This document shows positions 55,159 through 64,000 of a stretch of 64,000 nucleotides of DNA, in pieces. Under the pieces are notes generated by a model. It saw only the letters and a list, made by a program, of their open reading frames with translations. It ran no database searches and had not been told where the DNA came from. A program made the position numbers and the translations under genes. Origin of the DNA: Bryobacterales bacterium. Lineage in GTDB: Bacteria > Acidobacteriota > Terriglobia > Bryobacterales > UBA6623. The first letter of the stretch is position 1, and each line of letters opens with the position of its first letter. Location of the stretch: NCBI GenBank assembly GCA_022823865.1, contig JAJEHF010000002.1, positions 34,731-98,730 of the forward strand, given 5' to 3'.

Positions 55159-56709
55159 CTAGGGTAGCCTGCAAGTGTAGCTGGTCTCCAGATTCGGATC
55201 TCCACCTGTAAACTCCGCGCGTTCGGGATAGACGCACAGCGGACGGGCCTTTGTAATCGTGCCGTCTGTGACCTTGACTGCAGTCAGGGCATCCGGAGCA
55301 TCGCCATCCTCGACCCAGCTCTCCAGCGCATCCAACCAGTCGACGCGATCGGGTCCGGGACCTCCCGCACAGTGAAAGACCCCGGGCATGAGGTAGAAGC
55401 GGAAATAGTCGCGGACGTTCGGGTCCAGTCGCTCGGCCGCCTCGAAATATTCGATCGAGCCAAGCGCCGTGAGCGCTGCATCTGACCAGCCGTGCCAGAG
55501 CAACAGCTTGCCGCCGGCCTGCCTGAAGCCGGTGAGGTCGGGATCGGTGGCGTCCAAGAACGCCCCAAGATGCGCTGCGTCGTTGCCATAGGCGTCGAAA
55601 TCGTATGTGGAGTAGTCGAACTCGGGATCTTGGAATATCAGGTATTTGAAGCCCTGCGTGGAGAACCCAAACTGCGAGCTCGGCTCCCCGTAGGCGGTCA
55701 TCAAGCGACGGCTAGGTCCGGTAATCCAGCCCTGCCAAGCTGCGGCCGCGGACTCGCCGCCGAACGGAAAGCCCGGGTAGATCTGTCCGTCGGCGTTGCG
55801 CGGCCCGCCATAGACCGCCGCAATGGCCTCGCGCTGGCGGATCGTGAGACAGTTGTCCGACGGCGCCTCGCCGGCGCAAACCGGCAGGTCGCTCAGCTTG
55901 AAGTCACAATCTCGCGGATCGTTGAGGAAGCCGTCCTCGACGCCATCGCCAGCATCGCAGCGCCGGAGGATCTCAGACTCGAGCAGCCGTCGGTTCTGCG
56001 GTGTGATGACAGGCTCGGTCAGGGCACTGGGGTCGGGGAAGATGCGCTGCATGTTGTAGGCGAAGGCGGCGAGCACTCCGCTGAAATCGTGAGCCGGTGC
56101 CCCGGCGACGATCCCGTCAAAGTCGTTGGGGAAGCGCTGGGCGGACATCATGGCTTGCCGACCTCCGTTCGAGCAGCCCATGAAGTACGCCCGCTCGGCC
56201 GGCTCCCCGTAGTAGGCTCGGACGATCGCCTTGGCCGCTTCGGTCGTTCGATGCACGGCGAGGTAGCCGTAGTTGATCCGACGTTCCGGTTGTCCGTGGG
56301 CCCACTCCGCCCGGATGCCATCGCCCTGATGGCCGGTATCGGTTGCCGCAGTGGCGTACCCGCGATTCACCGAGAAGCGCCCCTGGTAGCCGAGACTGCC
56401 GACAAAGCCGCCGCCCCCTCCCATGAGAAACTTGCCGTTCCAATCGTCCGGCAACAAGACCTCGAAGCGGATTTCGCTGCCGATCACGCCGCTGACCTTG
56501 CAGTGCGGCACTGTGGCGCGCGGCGAGCGTGAAGACACTCCCTCGGGCAAGTTCTCGGATTGACCCTCCTCGCCCTGCGAGGCTACAGCGTCTTGGACGC
56601 GGATGTCGGGGAGCTTCAGATCAGTCAAGGCGGCGCAATCCAGCGCGCTGAGGGTTCCGGCGGACATGCTGCCCGCGGCCAGCAAGGCGATCTTTATCGT
56701 GCTTGTCAA
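55159..56709 (-). CDS. tannase / feruloyl esterase family protein, secreted
   Basis: 516 aa. Family motif GCSNGGRQAMMSAQRFPNDFDGIVAGAPA. The start is TTG (alternative ATG 56667). Confidence 0.85.
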   Translation of the reverse strand: MTSTIKIALLAAGSMSAGTLSALDCAALTDLKLPDIRVQDAVASQGEEGQSENLPEGVSSRSPRATVPHCKVSGVIGSEIRFEVLLPDDWNGKFLMGGGGGFVGSLGYQGRFSVNRGYATAATDTGHQGDGIRAEWAHGQPERRINYGYLAVHRTTEAAKAIVRAYYGEPAERAYFMGCSNGGRQAMMSAQRFPNDFDGIVAGAPAHDFSGVLAAFAYNMQRIFPDPSALTEPVITPQNRRLLESEILRRCDAGDGVEDGFLNDPRDCDFKLSDLPVCAGEAPSDNCLTIRQREAIAAVYGGPRNADGQIYPGFPFGGESAAAAWQGWITGPSRRLMTAYGEPSSQFGFSTQGFKYLIFQDPEFDYSTYDFDAYGNDAAHLGAFLDATDPDLTGFRQAGGKLLLWHGWSDAALTALGSIEYFEAAERLDPNVRDYFRFYLMPGVFHCAGGPGPDRVDWLDALESWVEDGDAPDALTAVKVTDGTITKARPLCVYPERAEFTGGDPNLETSYTCRLP

Positions 56710-56816
56710 GACAGGGACTCCTTGGCGTCGGCGTTCGCCAACGCCAACGGCGTAGTTGAGCGTATCAGACCGGGCACACTTGACAGCAGAGGTCGTTATG
56801 GCTGAATCTACGGCAC

Positions 56817-57659
56817 ATGCGAAGACGCGAATGGATGATGGCTGCTCTGGCTTCCGCCGCGCTGCCCCTGCAGGGCGACGACCACAAGATCGAGCGCGCC
56901 CTCATCGACAGCATGCTGCCCAAGGACCTGGAACTGGTCGACCGCTTCAAGCTGGCCGTCGAGGTCGGGTTCACGTCGATGGAGGTCCGCACGGTCGAGG
57001 ACGACGCCGATGCGCAAGCGATCCACGACGCGGCTCAAGCCGCAGGCCTGCGCATCCACTCGGTGATGAACCAGACACACTGGCGCCACCCCCTGTCCTC
57101 GCCGGATCCAGCAGACGTCGAAGCCTGTGTCGTGGGCGTGCGGGCGTCGATGCGCCAAGCCAAGCTCTATGGCGCCAACGCCGTGTTGCTGGTCCCGGCA
57201 GTCGTGCGCTCGGACACGACCTACGAACAAGCCTGGGAGCGCTCTCAAGCCGAAATCCGCAAGCTCATCCCGCTGGCCGAAGAAAACGACGTGATGATTG
57301 CCGTGGAAGAGGTCTGGAACAAGTTCCTGCTCACGGCCCGCGACTTCCGGCAGTACATTGACGAGTTCAACCACCCCATGGTCCGGGCCTATTTCGATGT
57401 CGGCAATATTGTTCACTACGCTGTGCCGGAGCACTGGATCCGCGAACTGGGCGACCGCATCGTCAAGGTGCATCTGAAGGATTACTCGCGCCGCGACGGC
57501 TTCGTCAACCTCGGCGATGGCGATGTCGATTGGCCGGCGGTGCGCGAGGCTTTCGCCGCGGTCGGCTACAATTCCGAGGCAACAGTGGAATTGCGCGGCG
57601 GCGACCGCGCCTACCTGGCCGATCTGGGCCAGAGAGTGGATCGTTTGCTCGGCCTGTGA
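56817..57659 (+). CDS. xylose-isomerase-like TIM-barrel protein (sugar phosphate isomerase/epimerase), Tat-type leader
   Basis: MRRREWMMAALASAALPLQG leader, then an AP_endonuc_2-type barrel (FTSMEV, IAVEEVWN, YFDVGN, VELRG). Confidence 0.8.
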   Translation: MRRREWMMAALASAALPLQGDDHKIERALIDSMLPKDLELVDRFKLAVEVGFTSMEVRTVEDDADAQAIHDAAQAAGLRIHSVMNQTHWRHPLSSPDPADVEACVVGVRASMRQAKLYGANAVLLVPAVVRSDTTYEQAWERSQAEIRKLIPLAEENDVMIAVEEVWNKFLLTARDFRQYIDEFNHPMVRAYFDVGNIVHYAVPEHWIRELGDRIVKVHLKDYSRRDGFVNLGDGDVDWPAVREAFAAVGYNSEATVELRGGDRAYLADLGQRVDRLLGL

Positions 57660-57702
57660 CGGCGCAGCGGTCTGATCAACCACAGTATCGAAGGAGACGA
57701 AA

Positions 57703-58080
57703 GTGAACTGGCCATCGGCAACCCACGCGCTGCTGCGCATCATGACCGGCTTCCTGTTCGTGCCGCACGGCTATCAGAAGCTGTTCGGGCTCGGCGGCGT
57801 AGGCCCTAGGGACGGCACCCTGCCCCTGATCGCGGCTGTGATCGAGATCATCGGCGGGACCCTCATCGTGCTCGGCTGGCAGACCCGCTGGGTCGCCTTC
57901 CTCTGCTCGGGCCTGATGGCGGCGGCCTATTTCATCGCACATGGCTTCAATGCCTTCCTGCCTCTGCTCAACAGAGGAGAGACGGCCGTCCTGTATTGCT
58001 TTGTGTTCCTCTTCTTCTGGGCCAACGGCTCCGGCCCTTGGTCCATCGACAGCCTGCTTGCCAAACGCAAGAGCGCGTGA
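57703..58080 (+). CDS. DoxX family membrane protein
   Basis: 125 aa with 4 TM segments. LLRIMTGFLFVPHGYQKLFG is a DoxX hallmark. Confidence 0.82.
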   Translation: MNWPSATHALLRIMTGFLFVPHGYQKLFGLGGVGPRDGTLPLIAAVIEIIGGTLIVLGWQTRWVAFLCSGLMAAAYFIAHGFNAFLPLLNRGETAVLYCFVFLFFWANGSGPWSIDSLLAKRKSA

Positions 58081-58112
58081 TCTGGCGGACACTCGTCGCG
58101 GCCAGTGTCTGC

Positions 58113-59408
58113 CTAGCCCGGAACGGCGAGCCGTTCGGCCGCGAAGGCCAGCGCCTGCTCGCGGTCCGTGAGCACGCCTTCGTGCTGCAGCTCGCGCACC
58201 TCGGCGAGAACCTTGCCGAAGACAGGGCCGGGCTCATACCCTGCGGCAATTAGATCCCGGCCCGTCAGCAGCGGGACAAACGGCTCTTCCGCCTGGACTT
58301 GCTCGAAGTGCCGCGCAGCAAAGTCGTGGTTGTCCAGCAGGCCGTGGCTGGAAAGGCAATCGAGCCTGTGCAGCTCCAGGTGATCCTCGAAGTCCGGCTG
58401 TTCGACGAAGCTCCGCAGCTTGGAACGGCGCATGTCCTGCACGTGCGCGAACTTCATGTGATTAGCCACCAGCGCCAATACGTGCTGTCTCATGGCGTTG
58501 GAAAACCGCAGCCGCTTGCAGATTGCCTCCGCAAGCTCGACGCCGCGCCCGACATGCCCGTGAAAGCGGATGCGGTCCGCCCGTGTGAACGTCTCGGGCT
58601 TGCCCACGTCGTGCAACAGGACCCCCCACGCCAATGCCAGCGAAGGCCGTCGCAGCCCCTCCAGCATCAGCATCGTGTGGGTCCACACGTCGCCCTCGGG
58701 ATGGTACTGGGGCGGCTGCTCAACGCCCCTGAGGGCTGCGACCTCCGGCAGCAACTGCTCCAGCAGCCCGCTTTCGCGCAACAGCTCGAATCCGCGCCGC
58801 GCGCTTCCCTCGGTCAAGATTCGGCCCAGCTCGTCGCGCACCCGCTCCGCCGCCACGGCCCGCAGGGCGGCGGCGTTATCGCGGATCGCCGCCATCGTGC
58901 CGGCCTCGATCTCGAACCCTAGGCTGGCAGCCAGCCGCACGGCGCGCAGCATCCGCAGGTGGTCTTCGCGGAAGCGCTCTTCGGCCGAACCGACAGCCCG
59001 GATCAACCGGCTCTCGAGATCGGCCGCTCCTCCAGTGAAGTCCAGGCGCTGCTTCGAAACCGGGTCGTAGAACAGGGCGTTGACCGTGAAGTCGCGCCGA
59101 ATCGCATCTTCCTCGGGATCCTTGCTGTAGGACACCTTGTCAGGCCGGCGGCCATCGCTGTAGGGGCCCTCGCGGCGAAACGTCGCCACTTCTGTGAATC
59201 CGTCGTCGCCACGGACGTGCACCACGCCGAAGCGCTGGCCGACGCGACGCGCGCCCTTGAACAGTCGAACGACCTGGTCCGGCCGGGCGTCCGTCGCCAC
59301 GTCGCGGTCCTTGATCGGGCGCCCCAGCAGCTCGTCGCGCACGCAGCCGCCCACCCAGTAGGCCTTGTAGCCGTTGGATTGGAGCCGTTGGATGACGTGC
59401 AGCGACAT
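58113..59408 (-). CDS. cca: CCA-adding tRNA nucleotidyltransferase with HD domain
   Basis: YWVGGCVRDELLGRPIKDRDVAT head domain, RDFTVNAL, and the C-terminal HD (LLHDVGK). Confidence 0.9.
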   Translation of the reverse strand: MSLHVIQRLQSNGYKAYWVGGCVRDELLGRPIKDRDVATDARPDQVVRLFKGARRVGQRFGVVHVRGDDGFTEVATFRREGPYSDGRRPDKVSYSKDPEEDAIRRDFTVNALFYDPVSKQRLDFTGGAADLESRLIRAVGSAEERFREDHLRMLRAVRLAASLGFEIEAGTMAAIRDNAAALRAVAAERVRDELGRILTEGSARRGFELLRESGLLEQLLPEVAALRGVEQPPQYHPEGDVWTHTMLMLEGLRRPSLALAWGVLLHDVGKPETFTRADRIRFHGHVGRGVELAEAICKRLRFSNAMRQHVLALVANHMKFAHVQDMRRSKLRSFVEQPDFEDHLELHRLDCLSSHGLLDNHDFAARHFEQVQAEEPFVPLLTGRDLIAAGYEPGPVFGKVLAEVRELQHEGVLTDREQALAFAAERLAVPG

Positions 59409-59440
59409 GTCTCTGCAACCCCAAGCCCAGCCCGGCGAGG

Positions 59441-60520
59441 CTACAGCTTCGGTCGGTAGCCCGCGCGCGTGCGGACACGGTAGCGCTGCTGGCCAGGGCC
59501 CACGAGTTCGACCTGGATGCTGCGCCAGCCGCGATTGGGGTTCGCCTCGGGGTAGTACGTCACCGTGTAGGAGCTGGCCAGCTCGTCGCGGATTTCGACG
59601 AACGCCTCGGACTGGCGCTGCCAGGTCTTGGCGAAGTAGGCCTTGCCGCCCGTGCGCTGCGTGATCCTTCGAAAGGCGTTGCTCGAGATCGGGTCGCGAT
59701 TGAGCGCGCGCGTGCTGATGACATAGATGGGCACTCCCTCGTCCTCGGCGATAGCGCCGACATCGTCCGGAGAGACCGCGCTGGCGTTGTCGGGGCCGTT
59801 GGAGAACACGATGATGACCTTGCGCCCCGACACCCTGGCCGCATCCCGCAGCGTCAGCAAGAGGCAGTTGTACAGGGCCGTCTCGTCTCCCGCCACGGAG
59901 CTGCGCAAGCCGCGCAAGGCGTCATCGTGGTCCGCCGACAAGTTGGCATGCCTGGTCAGGTTGCGGCTGAACGAGTACACCGCGACCGAGTCCGCGCCGT
60001 CGAGTCCGCGGATGAAGTCCGCGATGGCGTCCTCGGCGTAGACCAAGCTGCGGTACATGAAATTGCTGGTGTCGAAGAGCACGAATACGTTCGTGCCGAC
60101 CAACTGGCCCGCGATCGCTTCGGGAATCGAGAGCTCGGCCTCGCCAGCGACCGGCCCGGGGCGCACGCCGGTCCTGGTGATGCGCCGAGGGGCGACGTTG
60201 CCCTCGCCGAACGATGCGATCGTCTGCTGGACGCCGTCCTCGGTGATCCGGAAGTCCTCCGGTGTCAAGCCCTGTATGTAACGACCGCGCGGGTCCGTGA
60301 CTGCGATGTTTAGCATGACGAGGTCGACCTCGACCTCGAATAGGGCCGCCGGTTCGCCGAGTGCCTCCGGCACCTGCCCGCGCAGGCCGGGCACTGCCTG
60401 CCACATGCCCAGCAAGGTTGCGGCGGCAGTGGCCAGCCGCAGGCCGGCGCTGGGCCCCGCTCGATTTAGCCTGCAATCGCTCATTTTCTTAGTATCAGCT
60501 TCGCACCTTGGAACCTGCAT
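59441..60520 (-). CDS. secreted VWA-domain protein (VWFA-related acidobacterial-type), second copy
   Basis: LFEVEVDLVMLNIAVTDPRGRYIQGLTPEDFRITEDGVQQTI, followed by VLFDTSNFM. ATG 60520 forms an ATGA overlap with the stop of the upstream 1137-aa gene (alternative ATG 60484). Confidence 0.8.
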   Translation of the reverse strand: MQVPRCEADTKKMSDCRLNRAGPSAGLRLATAAATLLGMWQAVPGLRGQVPEALGEPAALFEVEVDLVMLNIAVTDPRGRYIQGLTPEDFRITEDGVQQTIASFGEGNVAPRRITRTGVRPGPVAGEAELSIPEAIAGQLVGTNVFVLFDTSNFMYRSLVYAEDAIADFIRGLDGADSVAVYSFSRNLTRHANLSADHDDALRGLRSSVAGDETALYNCLLLTLRDAARVSGRKVIIVFSNGPDNASAVSPDDVGAIAEDEGVPIYVISTRALNRDPISSNAFRRITQRTGGKAYFAKTWQRQSEAFVEIRDELASSYTVTYYPEANPNRGWRSIQVELVGPGQQRYRVRTRAGYRPKL

Positions 60521-63500
60521 CAATCGCCCCGGGGAGTCCCTGCGGACGATGCGCTAGCGGCACTGCTGGGGCCGCTCTCCTGGCGCACTTGGTCGGCGAT
60601 GATCCGCAACGAGCGCCACAGGGCCGGCCAGTCGTCCAGATGCGTGGCGAAGATGCGCTCCAGCGTGCGCTGCGTCCACTGGGGGATCAGCAGGTTGAGT
60701 TGCGCCGGAGCGATGTGCAATTCGTCAGACAGCGCGGCCCAGAACAGGTTGTTGGACTCCCAGCTCTCCGCGAGAATGCGGCTCGAGAACCCCATCAACG
60801 TAGGAAACAGCGGCAGGTGCAGCAGCTCTAGGCGATAGGAGTGCGCCAGGCGCGGGTGCGGCATCCCGAACATCTGACCAGTCTGGCGTTCGTTGTGGCG
60901 TTGCGGGTCCCGGCTCTCCAGCTCCGCGATGGCCGCGACATATGGCCGCCCCAGCGACTCCAGTCGCTCGCCGTGGGACTCGCGCAGCCGACACGCCAGA
61001 TCGAAGAGTTCGGCCGGGGTGACGATCTCGATTCCCTCCCGCACGCGCCCGCGCCTGAATGCGTCTTCGATCTTCCAGATGCGGGACGGCTCCACCCGCG
61101 TCCGCAGTTGGCCCAAGACGGGCCCGGCCAAGTCTTCGTCAAGAGCAGCCTGGGCGAGCAGGGAACGCGACAGCCGCAGGTGCAGCCCCACGTAGTGCAG
61201 GTCGGCGGGGCGGACGCCCCACCAGCGCGGCAGGGTGGCGCCAAGCAACATCTGCGGCGCCAGGTCCTGCCATATCAGGGCCTGCCGGTTGGATGGGACC
61301 AAGAAGTTCTGCTCTGCCGACGCCAGTTCGTAAGGCAGCGAGACGAGCGAGCCCATCAGGCGGCCGCCGCCGCTGCTGGGCCAGCCGGTCGACTGCATTC
61401 GAGCCCGCGACCAGCTGTACTTGCTCTCAGGACCGAGGAAGTCGTGGCTGCGCACGAACAAGGGGTTGGCACGGATCAGTTCGGCCCCGGGCGGCGAATA
61501 CAGCGCGTACGCGATGCCGACCAGCGAGTCGCGCAGTATCGGCGCCAGTTCCCCGCGAATCGAGAGCAGGCGCCTGGGATTGCCCTGCGCCCGATCCACC
61601 GCACGCCGCAGGTTGAGGTTTCGCTGCCCCTGGATGTGGCGGTCGACCCAGTGGCCGCGCGCCATGGCGTTGGCCTCTTCGACGGATAGCACGGACCGCG
61701 GAAGCCGGATGTCCGAAATGCTCTCCGAGAGGCGGTTGGCCATGGCCACGTTGAACGCCTCGCCGCGCGAGACGCGCTCGAGGTGGTCGGCTAGGTCGAA
61801 CAACGTGTCCAGCGGCACCAGCCGTTGCAGAACCAGGAGCTGGTTCACGCGGGCCAGCACCTCGCTCCGCGCCTCCTGCTCGCCGTCGGCGGCCTCGCCC
61901 ACTAACAGGTCCAGCAACGCCTCCTGCGGATCGGCAGCGTCTCGCCCGGCTGCTTCCAGCAGCGCCAGCACGCCGGCGCGCCCCGCTTCGAACACCCCCT
62001 GCGAATCGGTCGCGCCCGAGGTGGCCGAGAGCAGGGCCTGCATCGACGAATCGGCCCGTTCCGGCGGAATCGCGCCGTTCCGGCGCAGCACTTGCCACAG
62101 CGCAAGTTGCGCTTGCAGGACGCCGATGGAGTTGGCGCGACGCAGGACATTGCCGATCTTGTCCAGGCGCGCCATCGTGTCCAAGTGCGCGGCGATGGTT
62201 GCCTCGGCGAGATTGGGAGAGTCGCTGTAGAGGGCGAACTGGTGTCCGTGGTCCGGGAATGCCCGAATCATCCGCGCGACGGTGTCGGCCGATAGAGGCG
62301 TGGCGCGGTTGCGATCCAAGTCCGAGATCGCCAGGAACATGCGCAGCGGCTCGTTCTCGATCGCCTTGCGCGAGAGAGCGAACATGGCCTCGATGACATC
62401 GTCGGCCTGCGTCCAGCGCGTGGCGGACTCGGTCAGCTTGCCGTCGTATTTGCCGTGCGGGTGAACGACGAACAAATCCCTCCACGGCCCGATGCCGCCG
62501 GGTATGCGCGGAGCGCCCGAAGCTTCAAAGTCGAGCCTCGTCGCCAGCAGCATCAAGTCGGAACTGGCACGAAAGATCGGGCGCGCGGGGCCCGGGCTTG
62601 TGACCTTCCCCCGCACTGCCTGATAGAAGCGCTCGATGCGCGGCGGATCGAGGAAGTAGGCCTTCGCGGCGTCCCCTTGGACGCGCGCCAAAGCGTCATA
62701 GAACGCCGCCATCCAGCCATCGTCCAGACGGATAAGCCGCTGGAAGAACTGGCCCCCCTGATTTACGCGCTCGCCCACCAGACGTTCCCAGCCGGGCCGC
62801 GCACGCGCGCCCCCCGGAGTGACCGCGACACCGTCGGCGACCTCGAACATCGCCCCGAAGAAGTCGAGCACGGGGACATAGTCCTTCAAGTCGCCGATCG
62901 GAGCGGCGGCCCGCAAGGCCTCGGCGGTCGGACGGTGCAGGTTTTGCATTGCGACGTACAGCCGCGCCAAGCCCGGATCGTCGATAAACGTGTCCAGGAA
63001 GTTGTCTTGGGCGCGTCTGGCCCCTGCCAGCCAGTAGTCCCGGCCGAAGAGGACCGGCAGTCTCGTAGGGCCGAACTGGTAGCTGAACGGCTCGCCCCGG
63101 CGGAATGCCAGTTCCAAGTCCGCCAGCGGGAAGGCCGAATCGATGGCGAGAAACGCCCGCGAGGGGTTGACCGTCTCGAGCACGGCTGCCGGGCCGCACG
63201 CCCCGCGCAAGCGGTAGCCGATGATCTTCAGCAGCTGCGCCGTCTCGGCCGATTCGCAAACCGCGATGCTGATGGTGTTGTCGGCCCCAGCGAACGTCGC
63301 GAGTTCCCTCGCTTGGGTCAAGTACTGCTTCAGCAGGCGGAGATACTCGGTCGGCTCGAACGTGGCGCCACCGCCGGAGGCATGGTAGCCGCCGGCGAAA
63401 ATCGTCCGGCCAAGCGACGGCAGGATGAGATCGGGAGAGAGATCGGTGGACAGCGCCGCCATCCGGCTGAACGAGTCCAGCGTGCCGGGCACCTCGATGA

Positions 63501-63933
63501 AATCGGTAGCTTCCGGCGTGGTCAGCGGTTGCAGCAGCCTGTCAACCCCGGGGCTGCCTTCGCCCGCTGCTTGCAACGCCGCCAAGGCGGCCTTGGCCTG
63601 CTCCGCATTGCCGTGCGACAGGGCGGCGACCGCGATCCGGCGGCGCAGCTCGGCAGCCGTCGCGGAATCTTCGGGATCGACCGACGCAAGCGCCGCCAAA
63701 TAGGCCTCGACAGCGGCCGGGTCGCCGTAGCGATCTAAGAAGTCCGCTCTCGCCAACAGCGCTTCGCCATTGCCCTGCTGGTCCCTCACGGTATCTTGGA
63801 GCACGCGCCGCGCCTCGAGGGGCTGGCCCGCCCGTTCCAGTTCACGCGCCTGCTCGACGTTGGCGTCGAGCGAGCTTGGGCAGAGAGCGCTGACGAAGAC
63901 TGCGGCTGCTAGGGGAGCGATCCAAGTGCGCAT
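60520..63933 (-). CDS. large secreted hypothetical protein (1137 aa), no domain recognised
   Basis: ATG 63933 inside ORF 60520..63981 gives signal MRTWIAPLAAAVFVSALCPSS. There is a short TPR-like N-terminus; the remainder is mostly helical with no motif I can name. Confidence 0.7.
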   Translation of the reverse strand: MRTWIAPLAAAVFVSALCPSSLDANVEQARELERAGQPLEARRVLQDTVRDQQGNGEALLARADFLDRYGDPAAVEAYLAALASVDPEDSATAAELRRRIAVAALSHGNAEQAKAALAALQAAGEGSPGVDRLLQPLTTPEATDFIEVPGTLDSFSRMAALSTDLSPDLILPSLGRTIFAGGYHASGGGATFEPTEYLRLLKQYLTQARELATFAGADNTISIAVCESAETAQLLKIIGYRLRGACGPAAVLETVNPSRAFLAIDSAFPLADLELAFRRGEPFSYQFGPTRLPVLFGRDYWLAGARRAQDNFLDTFIDDPGLARLYVAMQNLHRPTAEALRAAAPIGDLKDYVPVLDFFGAMFEVADGVAVTPGGARARPGWERLVGERVNQGGQFFQRLIRLDDGWMAAFYDALARVQGDAAKAYFLDPPRIERFYQAVRGKVTSPGPARPIFRASSDLMLLATRLDFEASGAPRIPGGIGPWRDLFVVHPHGKYDGKLTESATRWTQADDVIEAMFALSRKAIENEPLRMFLAISDLDRNRATPLSADTVARMIRAFPDHGHQFALYSDSPNLAEATIAAHLDTMARLDKIGNVLRRANSIGVLQAQLALWQVLRRNGAIPPERADSSMQALLSATSGATDSQGVFEAGRAGVLALLEAAGRDAADPQEALLDLLVGEAADGEQEARSEVLARVNQLLVLQRLVPLDTLFDLADHLERVSRGEAFNVAMANRLSESISDIRLPRSVLSVEEANAMARGHWVDRHIQGQRNLNLRRAVDRAQGNPRRLLSIRGELAPILRDSLVGIAYALYSPPGAELIRANPLFVRSHDFLGPESKYSWSRARMQSTGWPSSGGGRLMGSLVSLPYELASAEQNFLVPSNRQALIWQDLAPQMLLGATLPRWWGVRPADLHYVGLHLRLSRSLLAQAALDEDLAGPVLGQLRTRVEPSRIWKIEDAFRRGRVREGIEIVTPAELFDLACRLRESHGERLESLGRPYVAAIAELESRDPQRHNERQTGQMFGMPHPRLAHSYRLELLHLPLFPTLMGFSSRILAESWESNNLFWAALSDELHIAPAQLNLLIPQWTQRTLERIFATHLDDWPALWRSLRIIADQVRQESGPSSAASASSAGTPRGD

Positions 63934-64000
63934 ACCTGATTCCCGAGAGTGATTGTACACCGGCACCGGATGGGGCGGCACGGGCGTGCAATCTCTGGAA

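Overview
GC-rich bacterial chromosomal segment (by eye about two-thirds G+C), densely coding on both strands. I call about 55 protein genes, 1 tRNA, several gene remnants and a few candidate operators. I found no rRNA, CRISPR array or intact IS/transposase. All family calls come from motifs I recognise in the supplied translations; nothing was searched. Start codons are my judgement from signal peptides, SD-like sequences and ATGA/GTGA overlaps.

Likely phylum: Acidobacteriota. Two secreted VWA proteins carry the N-terminal 'VWFA-related acidobacterial' type domain, and several Planctomycete/Acidobacteria-style secreted enzymes are present. This is an inference only.

Housekeeping genes: phoH-ybeY-era, gatB, thrC, cca, amt, thymidine phosphorylase, IMPase, a fused moaD-moaE, a fadJ-like gene and tRNA-Lys(CUU).

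Accessory content worth a second look:
1. A LytTR response regulator and a LytS/YehU-type kinase lie divergent around a ~31% G+C island. The island has direct repeats and precedes an orphan tail-anchored coiled-coil gene.
2. Two PQQ alcohol dehydrogenases both carry the D-x-D signature of lanthanide-dependent enzymes. One sits in a cluster with a dihaem cytochrome c and formaldehyde dehydrogenase.
3. Next to that cluster is a TonB-dependent receptor with three extreme His/Asp/Glu insertions.
4. Two VapBC-type modules have perfect palindromic operators.
5. A gene-fragment graveyard holds integrase, Uma2-tail and DUF4007 pieces.
6. A frameshifted duplicate of the BON-domain gene lies 3 kb from the intact copy.
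7. An unannotated 48-codon membrane ORF is coupled to an ArsI/CadI gene.
8. A 1137-aa protein in which I recognise no domain is translationally coupled to a VWA protein.
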